Source of the DNA: an uncultured Planctomycetales bacterium
GTDB lineage: Bacteria > Omnitrophota > Gorgyraeia > Gygaellales > Profunditerraquicolaceae
DNA length: 64,000 nt
NCBI GenBank assembly: GCA_964427405.1
Contig: CAYRUB010000003.1
Location: 64,946 to 128,945, forward strand
Direction of reading: 5' to 3'
How positions within the stretch are numbered: the first letter of the stretch is position 1; each line of letters begins with the position of its first letter. Positions 1 to 8,372 of the stretch are shown here, piece by piece. The notes under the pieces are model-generated. The model worked only from the letters and a program-made list of their open reading frames with translations. It was not told the DNA's origin and made no database searches. The translations under genes and the position numbers were made by a program.

Positions 1-113
1 GAATTTAGCTGGCCTGCTTTGTTGGTTACTATTGGCTTTGCCCCACAAAGCTCAATCGCCTTGGACACACTATGAATATTGCCCATGCCATAGTCAATAA
101 TCGCTATCTTCAT
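1..113 (-). CDS. hisH: Imidazole glycerol phosphate synthase glutaminase subunit, 5' part (runs off the window)
   Basis: Manual translation [24 protein letters not shown] is a typical HisH N-terminus; its ATG overlaps the hisB TAA (TAATG). Confidence 0.9.
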   Translation of the reverse strand, partial: MKIAIIDYGMGNIHSVSKAIELCGAKPIVTNKAGQLN

Positions 114-787
114 TAGTCAATAACACCTTTGGTAGAAGGAATGCCTTTCCTGCGCGGATCAATTCCTACAGCTTCAGATAGAGCCTTTCCTAACGCCTTA
201 AAAACCGGCTCCAAAGAAGTATGTAAATCATTACTCGCATTTTCGATTTTAATATTCAAATTCATCCCAAGCTGTTTGGCAAAAGCGTCAAAAAAATGTT
301 CGGCATATTCAAGCCTATACTCCTGTATAGGTTTAACAGCATCCGCAGGATCTACTTTTCTGATTCTATCATATAGCTTTCCAAAATCTACATAATCGGA
401 TTGTTCTTTCGCAATGCCCTTAATAGCGCCGCTAATTTTAAAAGAACCCCTACCGCTAATATCAAGACTTACGGTGGCAGTTACCTCCTCCATCGGAACT
501 GAAGCATCTCCAATTCTATTGATCCCCTTTTTATCACCTAAGGCCAACTTAAAAACTTGCCCCAAAACAATCCCTAGATCTTCGTTGGCATGATGAATAT
601 CAACCTTAAAATCTGCTTCCTTAGTAGTAATCTCTAAGTCAAAATGCCCCCAGAATGCGAAGAGCTCCAGCATATGATCCAAGAAACCTATCCCGGAATT
701 AATCTTTGATTCTCCTGATCCGTCAATATTCAACTTAACCGTTATATTGGTCTCTTTACTTTCCCGGGTTTTGCTCGCTTCTCTCAT
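113..787 (-). CDS. hisB: Imidazoleglycerol-phosphate dehydratase (divergent)
   Basis: [26 protein letters not shown] and C-terminal IPSTKG motifs; lies between hisD and hisH. Confidence 0.92.
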   Translation of the reverse strand: MREASKTRESKETNITVKLNIDGSGESKINSGIGFLDHMLELFAFWGHFDLEITTKEADFKVDIHHANEDLGIVLGQVFKLALGDKKGINRIGDASVPMEEVTATVSLDISGRGSFKISGAIKGIAKEQSDYVDFGKLYDRIRKVDPADAVKPIQEYRLEYAEHFFDAFAKQLGMNLNIKIENASNDLHTSLEPVFKALGKALSEAVGIDPRRKGIPSTKGVID

Positions 788-828
788 TTTTCTCCTTACC
801 TACATTCTACCTACCCTATTCTCGAAAA

Positions 829-2055
829 TTATACGAACCTTGCCTTTACCGAATCCACATGTTTTTGCAATCCTTCAATCCCGGCGATCTTCTCAAGCGG
901 CTCGCGCATTTTCTCAAGCGCCTTTTTGGAATAGCTGATAATATGGCTGCTCTTCATAAAATCACACACGCTTAAACCGGAGAAGAACCTGGCTGTGCCG
1001 CTGGTTGGCAATACATGGCTTGGACCGGCAACATAATCTCCCACAGCAGTCGGGCTATAAGGCCCTAAAAATATTGCCCCGGCATTTTTTATTTTCCTTG
1101 CCAACCCCTTAGGATTCTGCACTAAAATCTCCAAATGCTCAGGCGCAATCTTATTGGCAATCTCGCAGGCTTGTTCTAAGTTCTTGGTCAAAATAATATA
1201 CCCGTTATCCCCATCCAACTGGGATTTTACTTCTTTAGCTAACGCCTTGGAGTTAGTAATTAATATTGCCAGACCTTTTGCATGCTCAGCCTGGGCGCGC
1301 AGGTCAGCAATAATAAATTTTGGGTCACTAAAACGGTTGGCGATAATCACCAACTCTGTTGGCCCGGCAATCATATCTATATCAACCAAACCAAAAACCT
1401 GCCGCTTTGCTTCGCTTACATAAACATTCCCCGGGCCGACAATCTTATCCACTCTTGGGACAGTCTTGGTCCCGTAAGCTAAGGCCGCAATCCCCTGCGC
1501 TCCGCCAACACGATAAATTTCATCAACCTTTAAGAGATCGGCAATTACCAGGATGTGCGGATTAATATAACCGTTTTTATCCGGCGGACTGACCAAAACA
1601 ATCTTTTTTACCCCTGCCAGCTTTGCCGGCAAGACCGTCATATAAACCGTTGAGACCAGAGGCGCTGTCCCGGCAGGAATATAAATACCCACTTTTTCAA
1701 GAGGCGTATAATTTTCACCCAACACTGCGCCCTCAATCCCTTTTATCCTCCAGGATTTACGCATCTGCTTGCGGTAAAAACGATTCACATTTTCTATGAC
1801 TACTTTAAGTGAACTGACAAAATTCGGGCTGATATTAGCGTAGGCTCCGCTGATTTCAATCTCCGAGACCTTTAACTGCCTCGGCATCATTTTCACCCCG
1901 TCAAACTTCTTGGTATACTTAAGCAGCGCCTCATCTCCAAAAAGGCGCACATCATCAATGATCTTTCTCACCTTTTCCTCGACGCGGGCCTGCCGCGTTA
2001 AGCCGCGATTATAAATCTTCTCTAATTTTTTACTGGCTGCTTTTATAATCTTCAT
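829..2055 (-). CDS. hisD: Histidinol dehydrogenase
   Basis: GIYIPAG, GGAQGIAALAYGT, IVGPGN, QAEH, APEHLE, GDYVAGPSHVLPT. Confidence 0.97.
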   Translation of the reverse strand: MKIIKAASKKLEKIYNRGLTRQARVEEKVRKIIDDVRLFGDEALLKYTKKFDGVKMMPRQLKVSEIEISGAYANISPNFVSSLKVVIENVNRFYRKQMRKSWRIKGIEGAVLGENYTPLEKVGIYIPAGTAPLVSTVYMTVLPAKLAGVKKIVLVSPPDKNGYINPHILVIADLLKVDEIYRVGGAQGIAALAYGTKTVPRVDKIVGPGNVYVSEAKRQVFGLVDIDMIAGPTELVIIANRFSDPKFIIADLRAQAEHAKGLAILITNSKALAKEVKSQLDGDNGYIILTKNLEQACEIANKIAPEHLEILVQNPKGLARKIKNAGAIFLGPYSPTAVGDYVAGPSHVLPTSGTARFFSGLSVCDFMKSSHIISYSKKALEKMREPLEKIAGIEGLQKHVDSVKARFV

Positions 2056-2088
2056 TTATTTTCTCATTTTCGCCTATCCTGTTACCCT

Positions 2089-4695
2089 TTATAAATAACT
2101 CTTAATTATATCCTTTATTTTATCAAATGCCAATGTAAAATTTTCAGGTAATGTCCCCCCGGCCTGGGCAAAATCCTGCCTGCCTCCGCCTGAGCCTCCG
2201 ATAAGCGGAGCAACCTGACGGATCAATGCACCCGCATCTAAACCTCTGGTTAACAAATCATGCGTAACCGCGATAACCAAATACGCCCTTTTTTGCTCAT
2301 TATCCTGCGAGCCTAAAGCAATCACCCCTTGCCTCAACTGCTCTTTTACCTTATCCGCCAGAAGCCGCAAGGCATTCATCTCTAAACCATCCTCAAACGA
2401 AGCAACTACTTTTATTCCATTAATCTCTACTTTCTTATCTATAATCCTTGGTATTGCATCCCGCAGGCTGCTAATTACTTCCAAGCTGTGCTTCTTCTCC
2501 TGCTCCTTTAATTCTTTTAGCTTATCCTTCTTTTTAGATTCTTCAACCGTTTTCTGCTGTTCATCTTTAATAAACTGCTCCGCAAAACTGGCAGTGGTTC
2601 CTTCGATCCTTCTTATCCCACTGGCTACTGAACCCTCGCTAATTATCTTTATAAAGCCGATTTCACTAATATTATCAAGATGCGTGCCTCCGCATAACTC
2701 TTTTGAAATATCTCCTATAGAAACCACGCGCACATTATCGCCGTATTTCTCCTCGAAAAATGCCAGCGCCCCTGCTTTCTTTGCTTCTTTAATAGGCATC
2801 TCTTTGCAATTTACCGCCTGATTCTTAGCAACCCAGCCATTAGCTACCTCCTCAACCCTGGCAATCTCCTCTTTGGATAATCCCTTAAAATGTGTAAAAT
2901 CAAAACGGAACCTTTCTTCGGCTACCATTGAGCCCTGCTGCTGGACGTGATTTCCTAAAACTTCGCGTAAAGCTGCCTGCAATATATGTGTAGCCGTGTG
3001 ATTACGGGCAATATTTAATCTGCGTTCAATATTTATCTGTGCGACTACCTTATCGCCTTTTTTAAAAACTCCAGAGCTAACCTGTCCAATATGCAAAAAT
3101 ACATTATCAACCTTCTGTGTATTTAAAACCTCAAAGATATTCGTTCCGCTTATTAATTTACCGGTATCCCCAACCTGTCCTCCGGATTCCGCGTAAAAAG
3201 GCGTTTCGTTAAGAATGACTGCGGCTTCCACTCCCGGGCTTATCTCAGTTATTTTCTTATTCTTTCTATCAGGATCAATAATTTCAACTATCTCAGCTTC
3301 TATAGAATTATTCTTATAACCTAAAAATTTTGTATCTTTTAACTTTAACCCTAAACCTTTGGCATCAAAAACATCGCCCTTCATTGAACTCTGCAGCCTA
3401 GAACGAGTCATCTGTTCAAGTAGTTCTTGATCAAACGCTCCCTGAGAAATTCGCATGCCTTCTTCATTTAACCAAGCCTTAGTTAAATCTAAAGGTATTC
3501 CGTAAGTATCATAAAGTTGAAAAGCAATTCTACCTACCTTTTCCGGGTCTTGTTCCCGGCCAAGTCCGCTGAACTTATCCTTAAATAAATCATTGCTTGA
3601 ATTCAGGGTACGAATAAAATTATTTTCTTCATTCAGAATAACCTGAGCAATATCCTCCTGCCTGTCTTTTAAATCCGGATAAGGCGTATGCATAATCTGG
3701 GCAAGCTGTCCGACTAATCTATTTAAGAATGGCTTATTTATGCCCAAGCTTCTTAAATGCATGACGCTCTTACGGATAATCTTCCTGACGATATACCCGC
3801 GGCCATCATTGGATGGAGATATCCCGTCATATATTGAAAAAACCACTGCCCTTAGATGGTCGGCAATAGCATAAAGAGCCTTCTTGCTATCCTTGGGATT
3901 TATCTCTATTTCTACACTGCGCTGGATCTCTTTAATTATCGGCTGGAATAATTCTGTCTCAAAATTATTCTGCTTACCCTGCATAACCGCGGCCAACCTC
4001 TCTAAACCCATACCTGTATCAATATTCTTATTCGGCAGAGGTTCTAAACTTGCGTCACTCTTGCGGTTAAATTGTGTAAAAACCAAATTCCATATTTCTA
4101 CAAACCTTCCACAGCTGCAGGACGGATCGCAAATTTTCTCACCGCAACCCACACTAGGCCCAAAATCATAAAAGATCTCTGAACATGGCCCACATGGACC
4201 GTTGGGCCCTTTTGTTTTAGCCTCCGCCGGCCAAAAATTATCTTTGTCCCCAAGCTTTACAATCTTTTTTTCAGGTATGCCTATTTTATCCTTCCAAATC
4301 TTATAGGCCTCATCGTCTTCCTGATAAACTGAAACCCAAAGTTTATCCTGATCTATGCGTAATTCTTTAGTCAAAAACTCCCAGGCCCAGGTAATCGCCT
4401 CCTGTTTAAAATAATCCCCGAAGGAAAAGTTACCCAACATTTCAAAAAAGGTGTGATGAGCGCTAGTCTTACCGACTTTATCCAGATCATCCGTGCGCAG
4501 GCAACGTTGAGCTGTTGCAGCGCGCTTAAATCCGGCGTCAAAACCCATAAACTCTTTTTTAAACTGGTTCATTCCGGCAGGAGTAAACAACACTGTTGGA
4601 TCATCCTTGGGAACCAAAGAATCACTTTCAACAAGCTTATGTTTCCTAGCCTTAAAGAAATCCAGGAATTTTTCTCTTAAACTATCTGCTGTCAT
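2089..4695 (-). CDS. alaS: Alanine-tRNA ligase
   Basis: HHTFFEMLGNFSFGDYFK, IDTGMGLER, editing-domain NHTATH and ELCGGTH, C-terminal GGSGGGR. Confidence 0.99.
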   Translation of the reverse strand: MTADSLREKFLDFFKARKHKLVESDSLVPKDDPTVLFTPAGMNQFKKEFMGFDAGFKRAATAQRCLRTDDLDKVGKTSAHHTFFEMLGNFSFGDYFKQEAITWAWEFLTKELRIDQDKLWVSVYQEDDEAYKIWKDKIGIPEKKIVKLGDKDNFWPAEAKTKGPNGPCGPCSEIFYDFGPSVGCGEKICDPSCSCGRFVEIWNLVFTQFNRKSDASLEPLPNKNIDTGMGLERLAAVMQGKQNNFETELFQPIIKEIQRSVEIEINPKDSKKALYAIADHLRAVVFSIYDGISPSNDGRGYIVRKIIRKSVMHLRSLGINKPFLNRLVGQLAQIMHTPYPDLKDRQEDIAQVILNEENNFIRTLNSSNDLFKDKFSGLGREQDPEKVGRIAFQLYDTYGIPLDLTKAWLNEEGMRISQGAFDQELLEQMTRSRLQSSMKGDVFDAKGLGLKLKDTKFLGYKNNSIEAEIVEIIDPDRKNKKITEISPGVEAAVILNETPFYAESGGQVGDTGKLISGTNIFEVLNTQKVDNVFLHIGQVSSGVFKKGDKVVAQINIERRLNIARNHTATHILQAALREVLGNHVQQQGSMVAEERFRFDFTHFKGLSKEEIARVEEVANGWVAKNQAVNCKEMPIKEAKKAGALAFFEEKYGDNVRVVSIGDISKELCGGTHLDNISEIGFIKIISEGSVASGIRRIEGTTASFAEQFIKDEQQKTVEESKKKDKLKELKEQEKKHSLEVISSLRDAIPRIIDKKVEINGIKVVASFEDGLEMNALRLLADKVKEQLRQGVIALGSQDNEQKRAYLVIAVTHDLLTRGLDAGALIRQVAPLIGGSGGGRQDFAQAGGTLPENFTLAFDKIKDIIKSYL

Positions 4696-5221
4696 ATGTT
4701 TTATTTAGCACATCCCCAATCAAATCCGGCGAGAACCCTCTACGCATCAAATACGCATATACCCGCTGCTTAGCCTTAAGCGGCTCTATACCCTTCAACT
4801 TGGAAAATCTTTGCCCAGCCAACTTCCTTACTATACCAGCTTCATCGTAATCTTCTTTTGCCTGAACAAAAGTTTCTTCAATAATTTCTTTATCTAAACC
4901 CTTCTGAACTAATTCCTGCCTTATCCTTCTTAAACCAAATGGCCGCCTCAGCCGGCTGGATACCCAGCCCTTGGCAAAAATGCGGTCATCAATAAATTCT
5001 CTATCTTTTAAGAAATTTACCGTATCATGGCATAGCTCTTCGGAAAAACCTTTCTGCCTTAGTCTTTGCAATAGCTCCTTCTCGCTACGCAGACGAAACT
5101 TAAGCAGAAGAAAAGCATACTCTCTGGCTTTTTCCGGGCTATGGCTTTGCCGACAGGATGGCAAACCATCGCCTTGTGGCTTAACTGGCGAGGCTAAACT
5201 TCTTGCGCGCTTCTTTCTCAA
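4682..5221 (-). CDS. recX: RecA regulator RecX (start uncertain)
   Basis: [38 protein letters not shown]; directly downstream of recA. Confidence 0.9.
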   Translation of the reverse strand: MRKKRARSLASPVKPQGDGLPSCRQSHSPEKAREYAFLLLKFRLRSEKELLQRLRQKGFSEELCHDTVNFLKDREFIDDRIFAKGWVSSRLRRPFGLRRIRQELVQKGLDKEIIEETFVQAKEDYDEAGIVRKLAGQRFSKLKGIEPLKAKQRVYAYLMRRGFSPDLIGDVLNKTYDSR

Positions 5222-6242
5222 TATCTTCCTGTAATTTTGGATTTTCTTTTAAGAATTTTATTGCCGCCTCCCGCCCCTGGCCTAACTTTTTATCTTCAAA
5301 TGAAAGCCATGTTCCGGACTTAGCAATTACTCCTAAACTTACCGACGCATCAATTACCGCGCCGGTCTTAGCAATCCCCTCATCATGCATAATATCAAAC
5401 TCTGCCTCACGAAATGGCGGGGCAACTTTATTCTTAACCACCCTTACCCTGACATGATTACCAATAACCTTATCCCCTTCTTTTAAGTAAGCAATTCTAC
5501 GCACATCCAATCTTACCGAACAATAAAACTTAAGCGCTCTGCCGCCGGGAGTTGTCTCAGGCGAACCAAACATAACCCCAATCTTTTCTCTTAACTGGTT
5601 AATAAAAATTACCGTGGTGCGCGATTTACTGATTGAACCGGTCAGCTTACGCAAGGCCTGCGACATCAACCGCGCCTGCAAGCCCATATGTGAATCCCCC
5701 ATCTCACCTTCAATTTCCGCCCGCGGAGTAAGCGCCGCCACTGAATCAACCACTACTAAATCTACAGCATTAGAACGCACCAGGGTTTCCGTAATCTCTA
5801 AAGCCTGCTCCCCGGTATCCGGTTGGGAAATTAAAAGGTCATCCAAATTCAAACCGATTATCTTGGCATAAGTTGGATCGAAGGCATGCTCCGCGTCAAT
5901 AAATGCCGCAACTCCGCCCTTTTTCTGGATCTCCCTGATCGCGGTTAATGTCAAAGTGGTCTTTCCAGAGGCCTCCGGCCCGAATATCTCAACCACCCTG
6001 CCCCGAGGCAGGCCTCCAACACCCAAAGCAAGATCTAACGTAAGCGCGCCTGTTGATATAGTCTCAACATTTGCCTTGGTATGCGCCCCCAACTTCATAA
6101 TTGAACCCTTGCCAAACTGTTTTTCTATCTGCGCCAAAGCCAACTCCAGCGCCTTTTGCCGGTCTGATGTCTCTTTTATTTCTTCTTTCCCCGCCTTCGG
6201 CGGGATCTCGACTCTTGGTTGTGACTTCTTTTCAACTGACAT
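5181..6242 (-). CDS. recA: Recombinase RecA
   Basis: GPEASGKTT Walker [34 protein letters not shown]. Confidence 0.99.
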   Translation of the reverse strand: MSVEKKSQPRVEIPPKAGKEEIKETSDRQKALELALAQIEKQFGKGSIMKLGAHTKANVETISTGALTLDLALGVGGLPRGRVVEIFGPEASGKTTLTLTAIREIQKKGGVAAFIDAEHAFDPTYAKIIGLNLDDLLISQPDTGEQALEITETLVRSNAVDLVVVDSVAALTPRAEIEGEMGDSHMGLQARLMSQALRKLTGSISKSRTTVIFINQLREKIGVMFGSPETTPGGRALKFYCSVRLDVRRIAYLKEGDKVIGNHVRVRVVKNKVAPPFREAEFDIMHDEGIAKTGAVIDASVSLGVIAKSGTWLSFEDKKLGQGREAAIKFLKENPKLQEDIEKEARKKFSLAS

Positions 6243-6274
6243 TTTAACCCTCCACTTTTTAAATTTAAGTAAAT

Positions 6275-6303
6275 ATTATAACCCGACCCCACCCAAGTGT
6301 CAA
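6275..6303 (-). promoter_or_regulatory. Perfect sigma70-type promoter of recA-recX
   Basis: Minus strand reads TTGACA-17 nt-TATAAT, 32 nt upstream of the recA ATG; GGAGG RBS follows. Confidence 0.85.
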
Positions 6304-6323
6304 CCACATTCCTATAATAGAAA

Positions 6324-6361
6324 TCCCTCCTTTCTGCCTTAATAGACGCATAAAGGAGGGA
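6324..6361 (-). terminator. Probable terminator hairpin after the fibre gene
   Basis: TCCCTCCTTT...AAAGGAGGGA 10-bp inverted repeat 26 nt past the stop codon, with a short T tail. Confidence 0.6.
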
Positions 6362-6387
6362 AACCTAACAATAATTATGGGACGTTT

Positions 6388-7041
6388 CTATTTTCTTTCC
6401 AGCTTATCCAATCGAGCCTTCAGCCCATTAATCTCAATTTGCTGAGCCTTAATAACATCCTGTTGTTCCTGAATAGCAGCCGTCAGAATCGCCTCTATGC
6501 CGCTCGGGTTATACCAATAGTAGCCATCTTCATCCTGTGTAACCATAGTCGGGAAAATGCTGCCGATCTCTTGCGCGATAAATCCATATTTTAAACCCAA
6601 GCTTGCCCCAAACTGCTTACCATGAAGATCGTTCCATGTGTAGGATATAGGGCGCAAAGCCAAGACTTTACTAAGAGAGCTACCCTTTAGCTCACTTTTA
6701 ACGTCTTTCCAACGCCGGTCAGATGTATTAGTCCACGCAGTTCCCGTGCTCAAACCAGCAGTTCCCACAACATTAAGCCGATACGACCCCGGAACCATCG
6801 TCCCGATGCCAACTTTACCTTTAATCCAAACATCTCCGGTGGTAGTGGGCACATCAGCAGCAGTAAAAAAGCCGTCACTATTATTATCTCCCACGCCAAG
6901 TTTATCTGTCTGTAGAGAGTTGTAGCTTCCGTACGGCGAAGGATAATATGTGGTAATAGTAATGTCTTCAGCAAAAACAATAGACGCAAAAAGAACTAAA
7001 ACAGAAGAAATTAATAAGAAACTTTTTGACAATCTTGCCAT
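6388..7041 (-). CDS. Secreted protein with ITITTYYPSPYGSY N-terminal motif and C-terminal peptidase S74 (intramolecular chaperone) domain
   Basis: Signal peptide MARLSKSFLLISSVLVLFASIVFA; GKVGIGT; TSDRRWK cleavage motif; YGFIAQE; C-terminal coiled coil. Start placed at the ATG at 7041 after AAGGAGG. Confidence 0.8.
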   Translation of the reverse strand: MARLSKSFLLISSVLVLFASIVFAEDITITTYYPSPYGSYNSLQTDKLGVGDNNSDGFFTAADVPTTTGDVWIKGKVGIGTMVPGSYRLNVVGTAGLSTGTAWTNTSDRRWKDVKSELKGSSLSKVLALRPISYTWNDLHGKQFGASLGLKYGFIAQEIGSIFPTMVTQDEDGYYWYNPSGIEAILTAAIQEQQDVIKAQQIEINGLKARLDKLERK

Positions 7042-7044
7042 CAC

Positions 7045-7097
7045 TTCCTCCTTGCCCAGAAAGGGCACACCGGCCACTTCCTTTCAGGCCGGGTGTT
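7045..7097 (-). repeat. Structured two-hairpin element, copy 1 (forms the 5' UTR and RBS of the fibre gene)
   Basis: 26/30 identity with 37402-37431, with compensatory stem changes. Confidence 0.75.
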
Positions 7098-7112
7098 GGT
7101 AATATTGAATTA

Positions 7113-7140
7113 ATTATATAGGAATATCCTATAATGTCAA
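7113..7140 (-). promoter_or_regulatory. sigma70-type promoter of the fibre gene with a palindrome in the spacer
   Basis: TTGACA-16-TATAAT; overlapping TATAGGA-ata-TCCTATA inverted repeat. Confidence 0.7.
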
Positions 7141-7163
7141 CTATTTAACACCCTACCCCTTTC

Positions 7164-7191
7164 TTGACTTTAGCAAGAAATGTGTTACACT
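7164..7191 (+). promoter_or_regulatory. Promoter of the diguanylate cyclase (divergent, probably leaderless)
   Basis: TTGACT-16-TACACT with TGn extension, ending 9 nt before the ATG; no SD. Confidence 0.55.
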
Positions 7192-7200
7192 TAAAACATT

Positions 7201-8367
7201 ATGGAAGAGCTGAATAAATTAAAGATTGAACTTGAGCGCACAAAAATCGAGCTGGGGATACTCTATGAAATCTCTAATGCCATGCGCACCACCTTAAAAC
7301 TGGATGAAATTCTTTACATAATCCTTACAGGTGTAACTGCGCATACCGGCTTAGGATTCAACCGCGCCATGCTTTTCCTAGTCAATGAAAAGGATAAAAT
7401 CATAGAAGGTAAAATGGGTATCGGACCGGAAAATGGCGAAGAAGCTAATATCGCCTGGACCAAAATTGAAGAAGAAAAGATGGACCTGGATGACCTGATC
7501 AGCGCCTTTAAGAATTCCAGCTGGGTATTGGAATCCGGATTTAACCGCCAGGTCAAGAGCCTAAAGGTATCTATGCAGGACAAAGATGAAAACCCTCTTT
7601 CTTTAGCAGTCCTAGAAGGCATGCCCCTGCATTTAACCAGCCAGGCTATAAAAAAATATCAGAACTCCCCCGTAATTAAAATGTTGGGAAGCAACGAACT
7701 TTTACTTATCCCGTTAAAAGCAAAAGACCGGGTAAACGGAATTATCGTAACAGATAATTTCATCACTAATGATCCGATTACCAAAGACGATATCCGCATG
7801 CTCACCATGCTGGCTAACCAGGCAGGCCTGGCGATTGAAAACTCCCAGCTTTTTGAATTAACCGCCGAACGCGCGCACTCGGATTACCTGACCAACCTCT
7901 GGAACCACGGATATTTCCAGTTTCTTCTGCAGACAGAGATGGAAAAAGCTAAAGCAACCAAAAGCAAACTTAGTTTGGTTACAATAGATATAGATAATTT
8001 TAAGGTTTATAACGACACTTTAGGACACCAGGCAGGAGACAAAATATTAAAAGACTTAGCGCGGCTCTTGCGTAATCAATCACGCAAGATGGATCATGTC
8101 TGCCGTTACGGAGGCGAAGAATTCACTATAATCTTGCCCCAAACCGAACAGAAAGAAGCCTACATGATCGCCGAACGCCTAAGAGTGGATATTCAAAAAT
8201 ACCCTTTTTTAAATGAGGAGATCTTTCCTAATAAAACACTGACGGTAAGCTTGGGAATCGCCACCTTCCCTGAGAACGGGCTGTTTCCTGCGGACCTGAT
8301 TACCTCTTCAGACAAATCACTCTACAAAGCAAAAAACCAGGGCAAAAATATCACCTGCTGCAGTTAA
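7201..8367 (+). CDS. GAF-GGDEF diguanylate cyclase
   Basis: GAF region ending LANQAGLAIEN; DYLTNLWNH, DIDNFKVYNDTLGH, RKMD I-site, RYGGEEF. Confidence 0.93.
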   Translation: MEELNKLKIELERTKIELGILYEISNAMRTTLKLDEILYIILTGVTAHTGLGFNRAMLFLVNEKDKIIEGKMGIGPENGEEANIAWTKIEEEKMDLDDLISAFKNSSWVLESGFNRQVKSLKVSMQDKDENPLSLAVLEGMPLHLTSQAIKKYQNSPVIKMLGSNELLLIPLKAKDRVNGIIVTDNFITNDPITKDDIRMLTMLANQAGLAIENSQLFELTAERAHSDYLTNLWNHGYFQFLLQTEMEKAKATKSKLSLVTIDIDNFKVYNDTLGHQAGDKILKDLARLLRNQSRKMDHVCRYGGEEFTIILPQTEQKEAYMIAERLRVDIQKYPFLNEEIFPNKTLTVSLGIATFPENGLFPADLITSSDKSLYKAKNQGKNITCCS

Positions 8368-8372
8368 CACTT

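Noticed and set aside
7045-7097. Known c-di-GMP riboswitch next to the GGDEF gene
   Set aside because: It lacks the recognisable class I or II consensus (GNRA loop/receptor with GCAAA, or kink-turn/pseudoknot); kept as an unknown element instead.
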